Shown here piece after piece: positions 21,600-32,562 of a DNA stretch of 64,000 nucleotides (the stretch's first letter is position 1; every line of letters begins with the position of its first letter). The stretch lies in assembly GCA_964036045.1 (NCBI GenBank), contig OZ038378.1:41230001-41294000 (forward strand), read 5' to 3'. A program made the translations under genes and the position numbers. Below the pieces are notes generated by a model. It saw only the letters and a program-made list of their open reading frames with translations. It was not told the origin of the DNA and searched no databases. The DNA comes from Eutreptiella sp. 'Long Island Sound 2002'. Taxonomy: Eukaryota > Protista > Euglenida.

Positions 21600-24500
21600 A
21601 TACGACCACGTTGCACGCCCTGACTCTGAACGTTGGCGGCCGCATCTCAGCAGGCGGAGGTGGGGCCGCCTCCAGCAAGAAATAACTGCCTCCTCCCCCC
21701 ATATCATTGCCCTCCAAGAGGTCCGCTTTAAAACAGGTGAAGCCCACCTTGCATACATTGCAAAGGCCTGCCCAAACTACCAAGCGCTCGCTCATGACGA
21801 CAAACGCCCCGACATGATGTTTCTTGTGCATGAGAGGGTCCACAAATACTGCAAATTGATGGCCCACCGAGCGCCCCATGCCATAGCTCTCCGCGTCCAG
21901 CTCCCGGGCGTGCCTGAATTTACCTTGGTGAACCAGCATGGGCCGTTCACCTAACGGGAAAGGGAGGCCTTAGACGCCTGGATTGCTTCCGTTCCCAATG
22001 TGGGCATTCTTGGAGGGGACACTCAATGACTGAATGTGGCACGCAAGTCCAGGTCGCCGGAGGATAGGGCACGACTACTCGACACCGGGCGCTTTGTTGA
22101 CCCGCACTACCAAACGGTACCTCAACCACAGGGCCCGAGCCACACCCGAGGGGGCAAACGCCTGGTCGCGCTCCTCCTGTCCCCAAACAACATGGAATGC
22201 CCTCACGCCGGTGGCCTACCAAGTGACCACGTTCCCGTCGGCAAGGGGCCACGCAGGTGTGGAAATCCACACCACGGTCGTGCTCCTTGAGCCGCAGTCT
22301 CCAGATCCAGACGTCATGAGCATCCGAGACTGGACGGGTAGAGACCTGAAGCGTTTCCGTGCACATATGGGAAGGTGGTACCGAGGCGTCCCGAAAAACA
22401 TGACCCTGGAGACTGCCCGTAGTATGGTGCCGAAAGAGATTGCCCGGTATGTCGCTGCACACAAGAAGCCCGACAAACGACCGGGCCAGGCTCACCAGGA
22501 TTTGCAGACCCGTCTCGCCCAGAAACCTTTTGACCACACCGCGCTGAAGCACTGGGGGGAGCACATGCGACGGAAGCGACACACGGAGGTGATGAAGAAA
22601 CTACGCCGCTTCCGCAAATCCGCGGTTGGGAGCACAGGGACGTTCTTTGCGGACCTCGCCACGTGGCTTGTGAGGCCGGCCAGCGTCTCGTCCATGTCCC
22701 CCACTCTGGCATCGGCGACCAAAAGGTTGCCTGATTTTGCGGGGGACCCGCATTGGGACCCTGAGAAGGCCTTCCAGGTTTTGCCCAGTCTCCGCGTGCC
22801 CGACACCCCCGTGAGTTCCGACTCCGCCAACGTGGCGCGAGTTCCACGACGTGGCCAATCAGCCCAAGAAAAAGGCGATGGGAATGGACGCAGTTCCGCC
22901 GCACACAATACAGTGGCTGCCTGAGAACGTGCAATGGATCCTATACAGGAGAGTCTGTGAGGTTTGGCACCATGGACAGATGCCGACAGATTGGACTGAC
23001 GCCCGCATATCACTGTTGTACAATAACGGCGACCCCAGGGATGCGAGCAACTACCGACCTATAGCAGTGTCCACCTGCATGTACCAAATTACCACGAAGT
23101 CGATCGTGCGGCGCATCAAGACACCCCTCACCGAAGTGCTTTCTGAACACCAAGCGGGAGGGCGAAGGGGACATACCACACTGTCCCAAGCTATAAAACT
23201 ATGGTCGTCGGCGCTGAACATGCCGGAGACACCGGATGTGGTACTGCTCGATATTGCCAAGGCGTATCCAAGCACCCCCCACCCGCTGCTGTGGGCTGCA
23301 ATGCAGCAGGTGGGGGTACCGGATCGCTACATCTCCATGATGCAATACACATACCAAGAGACGCGGTGCTACTATCGGGTGAATGGGGAAAAACACTCAT
23401 ACCACCAGAGGAGGGGGGTGAAGGAGGGGTGCCCCCTCTCCCGCCTACTCTTTTGTGTGGTGTATGAGATGTTTCGAGGGACGCTGGCGGTAGAATTCCC
23501 CTCCGTCCACTTCTGTGCGTACATGGATGATGTGGCCTTCATCTCGCCGGACCGGTGGACTACGATGGCCGTGCTTAGGAGGGTCACGGACTTGGGAAAC
23601 ACGCTGGGCTTCCACCTGCACAAGGGGAAAACAGAGGTGTACTGCTGGTCGGCAACCTACAAGGTGGATCAGCTACTGTGGGACGGGCAGGTTAATACTG
23701 TCAGACCCCCCATCTTCAGCCACCCGGGACACATCATTGCACACCCAGAGTGGGCACACAAGGCGCGGTCCGACTACCTGGTATTGATTAGGTCGGACCT
23801 AGCACAATATGCACACATTCCCATGGATGGCTGGGAACGAAAACAGGTGGTCATCTCCATCTTGATGCCCAGGTGGCTCCACCGGGCGGTGCTCATCCCC
23901 TTGGACAGGTGGTAAAAAGAAGTAGACGACCTGTGTTCGGTGTTTGTCCATCACCCTAAAGGCATGGTCCCGGGACGAAATACTAAACAACTAAGTGCCC
24001 CGGTATCTTGCGGAGGCATGGGGTTGCACCAGATGTACTGGGCCACCGGCGGCGATTCATCACAACTATGCAGCACACCATACACCACCATCACCAAGCA
24101 TTTCGGGTATGTATGAACGCATCAGTTGAACGTACCCAGGCGCCCTTTTTTGCGTACGTGACCTTGTTGAACTCAATGGGAGCAATCTCGGGCATATCAC
24201 TGCAGCACCCCCGTCGCCGTACCGGGTGGCCGAGGCTTATCGACAGTGAGGACACGCAGGACGGTCGCATGATTCACAATCAAATGGCCCCCGTCGGCCA
24301 AGAAGACTTAGCGCACCGGTACGGCCTTGCCAAACCTCGGTGGCATGTCGTGGAAGGAGGGCAGGTCCCGGCAGCCTACCAACTCATTGTGGTAGGGGGC
24401 CGTGAAGTGTACACCAACGGCTGCGAGCCACAGGGGACAACATGGTATACGGATGGAAGCAAGAAGGGCGATCCGGCGGGTATGGGGGGCGCCACGGCCG

Positions 24501-26025
24501 ACTGTCGAGCAGGGTTCGGACTCCACTGCGGACCACTGCACTTGATTGGACGGGTGCGGGGTCCTCAAACCCTGTACCGGGCGGAGCTCATGGGCATGTA
24601 TGTAGCCTCCTGCCTGGCACAAGGTGGTGATGAGGTAGTATTGGACAACCAAGCCGCAACGGATTGTGCGACGGCCGCGCCACACCGCCAAGTCTGTGAC
24701 GTGGACGTCCGCCAGCCATTAGCAGAGGAGCTCCATGACAAGTCACTGATGCCCAGGTGGGTGCCACGCCACCGGGAAGAACGCCAGGCGCGGACCATTC
24801 AGGAAGTTCGAGACATACGGGGCAATAACCTGTCGGATTTGCTGGCGTCCATGGGCAGCGAGCTCCTAGTGACACCATACACGCCAGATGCGCCGCACGG
24901 CATAGAAGTGGGGGGGGCACGGAGGCACCCACACCAGCAAAAAATTGGATTACTGCGATGCGCCCACACGCCACACCAGAGGGGGTGCACTGGGCAACAT
25001 GGCTGCCCCTGAAGCCAAAGCGCCGCAGGTTGTGGCTTCAGTGGTTGTGCGGGAACGTGTGGTGCAAAGGGTGTACGCCACCATGGCAGAAGTCGACCCA
25101 ACCGTGTGCCCTGTGTGGGTCCACACACCAGGGAGCGGCACAGACACGGATTGTGCTGTGTGGGACGTGGAGGACACTGTTCCTGGACGAGTGGGCGAAA
25201 AGCTGGGGACCGTGGGGGTCTATGGCCTGGCAGTGGCTCTCGACAACAACGCCAGACAACCTTGCCCGTGTCGCGAAGTTCCACATTACCCTGTCTCTTG
25301 TGTGTTCGATCCCTCCTGACCACATGCCCCATTTTCGGTACAGGGTGGCGGTACACCAGTACAAGTGCATGCAGCTGGCGGGTGAGCTGCGCCACAACCT
25401 ACCCATGCCGCAGGACCCGGTAGAGGAGCAACGCCCCTCATCGGGTGGAACGGCCATTTGGTACACGGCCTTCCGCCGCAGGGCCCAGTGCCTGCCCCCT
25501 ACCGAGGAACGCCTTGTGCGACAGTGCCACAACAACCCCCGAAAACGCCTTGCGGCTGGCGGCCACCAAAGGCCGGCAAAACCCAAAAGAGACCACAGGC
25601 TGGAAACGAGACGCACGGTGGCGAAACTCCTGCGTCAACCGTACACTGTCCCAAGGGCATGTATGGTAATCAGGGCTCTACCGGTGCTGACAGGGGGGAC
25701 AGGCTCGCTGGTGCGGAGACTTTCCTCGACGCAGGCATGCACTTGACACCGTATGTGACCCCCGCAAAACAGTGGCGGCCGGTTACGGGGGCAACCTACG
25801 TGGCTGCCAGCAATCTGCTGCAAACGGCCCGATCACTGATCCGGGGAACTGTTAGGGGAATCCTGGCGCAACGAAAGGTCACTCACTGTCAGAGTGGCGG
25901 TGACGTGGGCCGCCCGCGTGGACACCTGTGCCAGGGTGCTCGCCGTGTCCGCCCAACGCACACGGTTCTGGTTCCACCACAGTGTCCGCGTGACGCTCTA
26001 CGCGGTGCACCGTGCCCGTCAGCGT
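21600..26025 (+). mobile_element. Non-LTR retrotransposon ORF2 remnant: APE endonuclease - RT - RNase H (I-group/ingi-like domain order)
   Basis: ILGGD(x)ND and SDHVPV (APE); NYRPIAV, QAGGR, LDIAKAY, GVKEGCPLS and YMDD (RT, 22851-23915); WYTDGS, RAEL, LDN and GNNLSD (RH, 24008-25012); CALCGSTH...C downstream. Confidence 0.92.
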
Positions 26026-26173
26026 ATCAAGGGATTCGCCTATAGGCGAATCACAGGATTCACCCCATAATACCACTCATATGCACTATCACTATAGAAT
26101 CTTTTAAAGATTTTTGGGTTCTCGGGCCCGTCAGGCCAAGTAAAGAGATCCAGACCAAATGTCAGCCATCAGC

Positions 26174-27455
26174 ATGGAGTCCCTCACCTTCAAAGATTTC
26201 GTCTCCAAGGGCCAGTTCGAGGTCTACAAGAGCACCCTCCCCGCAGACCACGGCGAGAGCGGCAGTGGAAATCATGCAGCGCATCGGAGATGCGGGGGTG
26301 GACCATGACAAATGGCTGCAGGACCTCAAGGTGGCCTCTGGTTGGGACGAAGATCCACTCAAACTCCTCCACGCCATTGCTGGCTATGAGAGCTGCTGTC
26401 GATGCACAATTGAGGTCCAGACAAGGGAGTTCAAGGCGAAAAAGGAGACGGAGCTGGCGGTCAGCGACGAGATAAGGGCTCGCATCAAGTCGTTTTTGGA
26501 GTCGCAGTGGAGCACTTTTGTGAAGCTCTGCTCCAGTGCCGAAATCGCGAAGGCGGGAATGGAGGTGGCACAGCTGGCAGCCAAGCACCGCCTAACCATC
26601 TGAGAGTTTGCTGAGGACATCCCGGAGACCCGAAAGCCAGAAGACCCCGAATTCGTGCTAAAGGCAATGGGAGCGCTGGCCCTCTTCGACAACTTCAAGT
26701 GGATCATCATCCGGGAAGGCCACAAGCTGAATCTGGTAACGGCAGATGCATCGGATGTGGGAAAACCAAACGCATCTGTAGACCCGGAGGAGCAGGAGAT
26801 CTCAAAACAGATGGAGGCGCTCAAAGTGAGATTGGAGCACAAGCGGAGAGCAAAAATCGTGAGACCCCTGACCTCTGCAGCGCTGGACGAGTTTGTTGAT
26901 GCCCCGGAAAATGCCAAATGGATGCGTGAGACGACAGCTTCACTGAAGAAATTCCTGGAGTCCAACGAGGAGGAAAAAGGGGAGACGCTGGCAAAGGAGC
27001 TGTGGGAGGTGATGCTGGTCTCCAAGGACAACTATAAAGAGAAGTACCCCAGCGGGGGCCACAGTGTGACTCGTGGCTCACATAAGGGCACCGGGAAGCA
27101 ACCACAATCCCGGGTTGCGCCGAGGTCTACCAAAGAGTTGGAAAGACTGGGAGCACGCAGATGGATTGAAGCGACCCGAAAAGGGAGATTCAGGTTCGCG
27201 GAGTTGGAGAACATCACCTACTACTGCACTGCGAGGGGCGACAACACATATGAAGTGGCGAAGGGCCCCCCGGGGCCTTGTGGAGAATGTGGAGACAGCC
27301 ACCGGATATGGGACTGCGAGAGTGGACTCCCCCCGGAAGGGGGGGGAGGGGGGGGCATGGCGGAGGACAGCCCAAACAGGTTCCTTTGGCATGAAGGAGA
27401 AGTGGAGGGGGAGAGCGAAGACGACGACATCCCCAGGGAATGGCCGGCATACTGA
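26174..27455 (+). pseudogene. gag-like ORF of element 2 (frameshift near 26255, TGA at 26601-26603)
   Basis: Helical, charged protein ending in YEVAKGPPGPCGECGDSHRIWDC knuckle. Confidence 0.8.
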
Positions 27456-27470
27456 CGGGCATATGCCGCA

Positions 27471-28382
27471 TTGTGTCGAGCCCAGGCGGACAGCAAGGAT
27501 GGGGTCCTGGAAAGCAACTGGCAAGTCCTCGCAAACTCCTGTAGCACGACATCGCTGGGTACGTACAAGATGGGAATGCGACGACTCCGACAGACACATA
27601 TCGCCCGGCCGGAGTGGGGACCATACAAGGTCGTGGAGCAAGTCGTGTGTGATGCCATTCGAGAGGGAAAAGGCAGCAGTTCGGTCAAAACAATCCTCAA
27701 TGCGGCGGCCATGGCATACACCATGGGGGTGGTTAGCGAGCCGGTCCCAAAACGACTCTGGAAGGCATTCAAGGCAGCGCAGCGGCTGGAAGAGAAGTCA
27801 ACACAGGAGTGGGGCAGTTTTGAGGCACTGCAGATCATGGCGCACCAAGTGGATTCAGAGCTGGAGTGGTGTGTGGTGGGACTCGCGATACTTTCAACGT
27901 TGCTGGGCCTCAGAGTCGGCGAGGCGGCCAGCATCAGCTTCCACAGGCTGGGGGTTCTAGCAGGGACGGCGGCGTTCTATGACCGCAAAGTCCACAGGGC
28001 TTGGATTACCCGTACGGTTTCAGGAGTGGCCCTCAAATGGTTGCAGTTCTGCGCCTGGATTGCACAAAGATGCTGGAACCTCGACAAGTTCCAGCGACTG
28101 GTCTCTGAGGACAAACTGCAGCGTGTCATGGCGACCCTTTTGCGTGGATCAACGCGGAAGGACCTCAGGTGGCATGCATGGAGGCGCCTGGGCCCAGCGA
28201 CCATGTACAAGGCTGGGGGCAAGATCCCTAGCATCAAGGCGTGGTTCAGGTGGAGGAGCACAAGAACGGCAATGGCCTACATCAACTGCCCGCACCCAGG
28301 GCGCATCCGGCACCCATTCACAACGCCTACCCCCCCCAGTTACCTCAAGGGGAGGCCATGGATTGCGGGAACGGCAACCTGA
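27471..28382 (+). CDS. Tyrosine recombinase of element 2, apparently intact (303 aa)
   Basis: GLRVGEA (R), YDRK (K), WHAWRR (HxxR), WFRWRS (W), AMAY (Y). Confidence 0.93.
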   Translation: MCRAQADSKDGVLESNWQVLANSCSTTSLGTYKMGMRRLRQTHIARPEWGPYKVVEQVVCDAIREGKGSSSVKTILNAAAMAYTMGVVSEPVPKRLWKAFKAAQRLEEKSTQEWGSFEALQIMAHQVDSELEWCVVGLAILSTLLGLRVGEAASISFHRLGVLAGTAAFYDRKVHRAWITRTVSGVALKWLQFCAWIAQRCWNLDKFQRLVSEDKLQRVMATLLRGSTRKDLRWHAWRRLGPATMYKAGGKIPSIKAWFRWRSTRTAMAYINCPHPGRIRHPFTTPTPPSYLKGRPWIAGTAT

Positions 28383-30522
28383 CGGTGTACGGAGTTCTGG
28401 GCCCCTGAGGCCAACGATATCCCTGAGGGGAGCACCCCAGAGAGCGACTCTGGAGATTCCACGTGCGCTGGATCATCCTCCGATAGCCCCTCACCTCGGA
28501 AGGCCGATGGCAGGAGGGGAAAGAGGAGACGCAGTGCGTGAGGAGGCGAATGGCCGGACGGCCTGTGGGGTAGGGGGGGGGGGAGGTAAATCGAGACGGG
28601 CGTCACCCGACAACGAGGTGGGCAAGCAGCACAAGCCACGTAGGTTAAAGTGCCTCATGGGAGTTGGAGGAGGAAGTACTGCAGGAGCGTGGGTCACATA
28701 TAGGCGGGCGCGGGCGTGTGCGTGGTTGGCTTCGAGACGGATCGAGCGGGTCTCGAATATCCCGCGAAATGAGCTTTTTCGGGCCGCGCTTGCGGTAATC
28801 CTCCGGGCGCGGGAGCGCCTCAGAGATGTGGACGGTGGGCAGGCACACCTGGACACGATCCTGCGCCACATGGGGGATCTGCATGAGCTCAACTGGGACC
28901 TGCTGGGTCACGACTACGACGGATATGACGGGGATGGCCCGTCGGGAGGTATCTCACAAAGAATGATTGATGCGGGCCTTGGAGAGAAGGGCAGCCTGGA
29001 CATCCCTTTAGATGTGTGGAACGCGAACATCCCAAAGCGCCTCATTTGGGATATACGGAGTTGGAAGTCGGGGCACGATTGTGGAGGATTTGATGTATGG
29101 CAGCCGTCGTTGCACACCGAACGCATGATCAGAGTGCTCGTGGACGATGGGTTCCTGTGCAGGGACCCCACGTGTTTGGGTGCCCTTGAGTGGGAGGACC
29201 TCACGGACAATGTGTCGGCTTTCGTTAAGCCCAAAAATGATGTGAAGTGCTCCTTCATCATTGACATGCGAAATCTGAACGACTGCTCGAAGGTGCCGCT
29301 GCGCAAGGTCAGGCTTCCATCTATTCACACGGTCTGTCAGACCATCCAATGGGAGATACACCGTGGAGCACCATTGTGGGGCATTACCTTGGACAAATCC
29401 AACTTCTACTGAAGCCTGCAAATCCCAGCTGAAAATTGGGGACTGTTTCGCATACAGGGGGCGCACTTCCACTGCCTCCCGTTTGGGTGGAAGTTTTCCC
29501 CGGTATTGGCACAGGACACATTGGCAGCGCTGTTGAAGGAGTTCTTTGACAACCACGTGGAGGGGATCGATGTCTACCGTTTCCATTATTTGGATGATGT
29601 GCTGATCTTGTCACGTGACAGGGAGTGCATGAAAAGCCTCGGCCATCGGCTGGCGTGTTTCTTGACGGCAAAGGGCCTGCGCATCTCCATAAAATCCTGC
29701 CTCGAGCCACATCAGAATGTCCTGTGGCTGGCGAAGATGTTCGACCTCGCCAAAGGGGAGGTGCGGAACACAGACAAAATGCTCACAAAGTGCTTGGGGA
29801 TTGCCATAAAAACGGCCTGCTCGCCTGTGTCTCCAAAGGTGGCGGAACGGGTCACGGGAAAAATGCAATGGGCATTTCGACCACGAAAAGGGGTCACCCT
29901 GATTCTGCAGGGGTGGCACAGGTTCCGTTGGGGACATCATCGGTTTCAGCACCGCCCGAGCCCGGCCCTGATATCGGCACTGTTCGATGCGCTGGCGATA
30001 TCGTACGTGCCAGCCACGGTTGACCCAAGGCCTGGGCATTTTGGCTTTGCGCCGTTCCTGGCAGTGGATGCAGCAGAGACTGCTGGTGGCTACCGCCTGG
30101 GTATCTGTGGACGCAATGGAGTCATGCGAACGCGAAAGATCCCGGCGCAGAACCAGCAACAGGCGGAGCTCGGTGGTGTCCTACATGCCTGTAGGTTTGC
30201 GGTGACCCAGAAGTGGCACAGGGTCTCATTGTTTGTGGACAATACAGCGGCCTGCTACAGTGCAACCAATATGACGGCGTCGACGAGGGCATGTACGCAA
30301 GTGAAGATACTCCGTGCTTTTTGGAATTTGTTGTGGCACACGGGCTTGGTCTTGAATGTTGTCTGGGTTGATACTGCGCGCATGCCTGCTGATGTTGTGT
30401 CCCGTTTGCCAGACCTGACGCCAGCAAGCATCACCAAGGCAAAAATTGAGGCGGCACATAAGTGGGGTACATTGTGCGGAGAGCTGCACCTTGTGCAGAG
30501 TTTTGGATCGGTCCGACTGTAG
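27979..30522 (+). pseudogene. RT/RNase H of element 2; single TGA at 29410-29412 at a conserved Trp
   Basis: AFVKPK, LDKSNFY*, CLPFGW, YLDD; RH LAVDA, QAEL, VDN, ADVVSR. Both parts are in frame 1. Confidence 0.95.
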
Positions 30523-30566
30523 CGGGGGGGGGTGGGGGTTTCATCGCGTGAGCGATGGCTGGAGTG

Positions 30567-30589
30567 CCCCCTCTTTTTTGCTGTAGCAG
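30567..30589 (+). promoter_or_regulatory. Polypyrimidine tract + AG, candidate splice acceptor for ORF4
   Basis: CCCCCTCTTTTTTGCTGTAGCAG ends 11 nt before the ATG at 30601. Confidence 0.5.
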
Positions 30590-30600
30590 GCCCCTGCAAC

Positions 30601-31125
30601 ATGTCTGAGTGGGGCGACCGACATGAGGAGGAGTCCCATGACGAGGGGAAAGTGGGGTCGAAACGCCCACGAGGATCTCGGGGCCCGGAGGGCAAGCTGG
30701 CGCAGAAGGCGCGCACTCTGAGGCGGAGACCTGAGAGAGCGGAAGAGCACCTCCATGCAGAACAGCCCAGATACCGCCTGGGAGGGATGACCGAGCAATC
30801 CTTCGAGTTAGTGCTGTGCCGGCCAGTACCAGAACGGGACCTCCACAACGCCTGGCAGACCTTCTGTGGATGGATCACGCGACGCACCAGGGCGCAGTAT
30901 GCCATGGCACGGGTCGAGCCTGCTCAGAAGAGTAAGGACCAGACCCAACGCCACCTTTACCTCGACCGCCACGAGCTGCGACTGGCACCAGGAGTCAGGC
31001 TGACGATGTCCTTCACCCAAGAGGCCACTGCAGTGCAAAGAGTCACCCTCAATGGAAAAGCGGACCTCATCAAAGATGTATTCAAGCCTGTGAAGGATGA
31101 TCTGGAACAAACGGACTCAGACTGA
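30601..31125 (+). CDS. Accessory ORF4 of element 2 (174 aa), unknown function
   Basis: Intact ATG-to-TGA ORF between RH and B1. Charged N-terminus; the C-terminal domain is shared with 13675-13782, 5781-6125 and 46314-46670. Confidence 0.7.
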   Translation: MSEWGDRHEEESHDEGKVGSKRPRGSRGPEGKLAQKARTLRRRPERAEEHLHAEQPRYRLGGMTEQSFELVLCRPVPERDLHNAWQTFCGWITRRTRAQYAMARVEPAQKSKDQTQRHLYLDRHELRLAPGVRLTMSFTQEATAVQRVTLNGKADLIKDVFKPVKDDLEQTDSD

Positions 31126-31770
31126 GACGAGGCTGACATGAGGATGACTGTCACTCCTGCACGAACTGTCCATGGCGCTAATGTACCAGAGTGAGAAAAA
31201 AGTGGGCTGGAGAGGAGAGGTGGGGGAGAGGGACGACACGTGGTGCAGGCAGAGCAGGACCATACCCGGGGTATATAAAAGAGAGCTCCCCTGGCAAGTG
31301 CGATGGATGAGACGGCACAGTGTGAGTCAGTGAGCGAGCACGCCTTTATATGTGGAACCACGAGAGCCATCATGAGTGAGAGTCAGAGATGACCCACGGT
31401 GCCCTTCGGGCCTGGCGCGCCAATGAAGGAGCAAGCATCAGTGTTGGCTTTGTGTACTGTGTATGTGTGAGCTGTACCTGTCAGGAGGTTAGGGGGGAAT
31501 CAAGGGATTCGCCTATAGGCGAATCACAGGATTCACCCCATAATACCACTCATATGCACTATCACTATAGAATCTTTTAAAGATTTTTGGGCCCACCCAC
31601 CCGCACGGACACTTACTCACACTTCAGGAACACCATTGATACTATCATGGAGAAGTGTATCATAGATCCACGGCACACGAGTCTACCGCCAGTGAAGGAG
31701 CAAGCATCAGTGTTGGCTTTGTGTACTGTGTATGTGTGAGCTGTACCTGTCAGGAGGTTAGGGGGGAATC

Positions 31771-32562
31771 CTTTTGGGCACACTATCAAGCCTGCGCCGC
31801 CTAGCCACACGGGCCCTTCGGCACCTGGACGTTTTGGAGCTGCCACTGCGCTCTGCGCTCGCCCACACAGCCACAGTTGCCCGGGCCAACATTAGTCACC
31901 AATTGCTGTCCTACCAGAAGTTCCGCACATGGGCTGCTATGGTGACCCATAAACTGGGGGACAGAGACAAGTGGCTCACCGCGGCCATGTGCGGCGCCTT
32001 GCAACTTGCCCGCACCAGCCAATATAGGTCCATGCGAAGATGGCGGCAAGAGTCACTCGACGAGGTGCGGACCTGTATGAGCAGGTGGCTGATGGACCAC
32101 CAAACCTTTGTGCTTTTCCGCCACTGGGTGCGACAAGGCTATGCGGAAGTCCACGCCCGCCATCGCTCAGACGTCGCTTGCCCCGCCGGACGCTCCATGA
32201 GTATGGTCACAATACGCGGTACGACATCTAGCACTTCACGAGCACTTTGGGCGGCCTCATCTAGCACACGTGGCAATGTCGGCGTCGGATCAAGTCCTCG
32301 ACCCATTCGCCCCCGTGCCTGCAAGGCGCCCCGACCAAATCGGCGTCAACGAGCCCCGGGCACCAATTACCCGCCCAGCAGGGGCCGTCTGCCGTCCCTT
32401 CGCAACGGCACCAGCCGAAGCACACCTCTGTGCACCACAGCAATGCCCCGCAATGCGGGCAACCGGGCCGGGAACGGGAGCCCCCCCCCCCCTCCCCGAG
32501 TTTCTCGGGAGTTGCCCCTCGACGTGGGTAGTTGCGAATGGCCACGAGACCAAGGACATTGA
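31771..32562 (+). pseudogene. Continuation of the LINE C-terminal region split by element 2
   Basis: Joining 26028 to 31771 reads HRARQR-I-LLGTLSSLRR in frame into ORF 31774-32562. Confidence 0.75.

Larger units (their letters stand above)
26026..31770 (+). mobile_element. YR retrotransposon 2, full length (5745 bp), split direct repeats A1-ORFs-B1A2-spacer-B2
   Basis: A1 26026-26118 = A2 31499-31591 (93/93 identical); B1 31424-31501 = B2 31693-31770 (78/78 identical). ATC occurs at both ends and at the B1/A2 junction. Confidence 0.97.

Noticed and set aside
29410-29412. Stop-codon reassignment (UGA=Trp as in Blastocrithidia) to explain the single in-frame stops
   Set aside because: TAG also appears at inferred Trp and Gln positions, frameshifts co-occur, and intact ORFs end normally in TGA or TAG. 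Simple decay explains the pattern.
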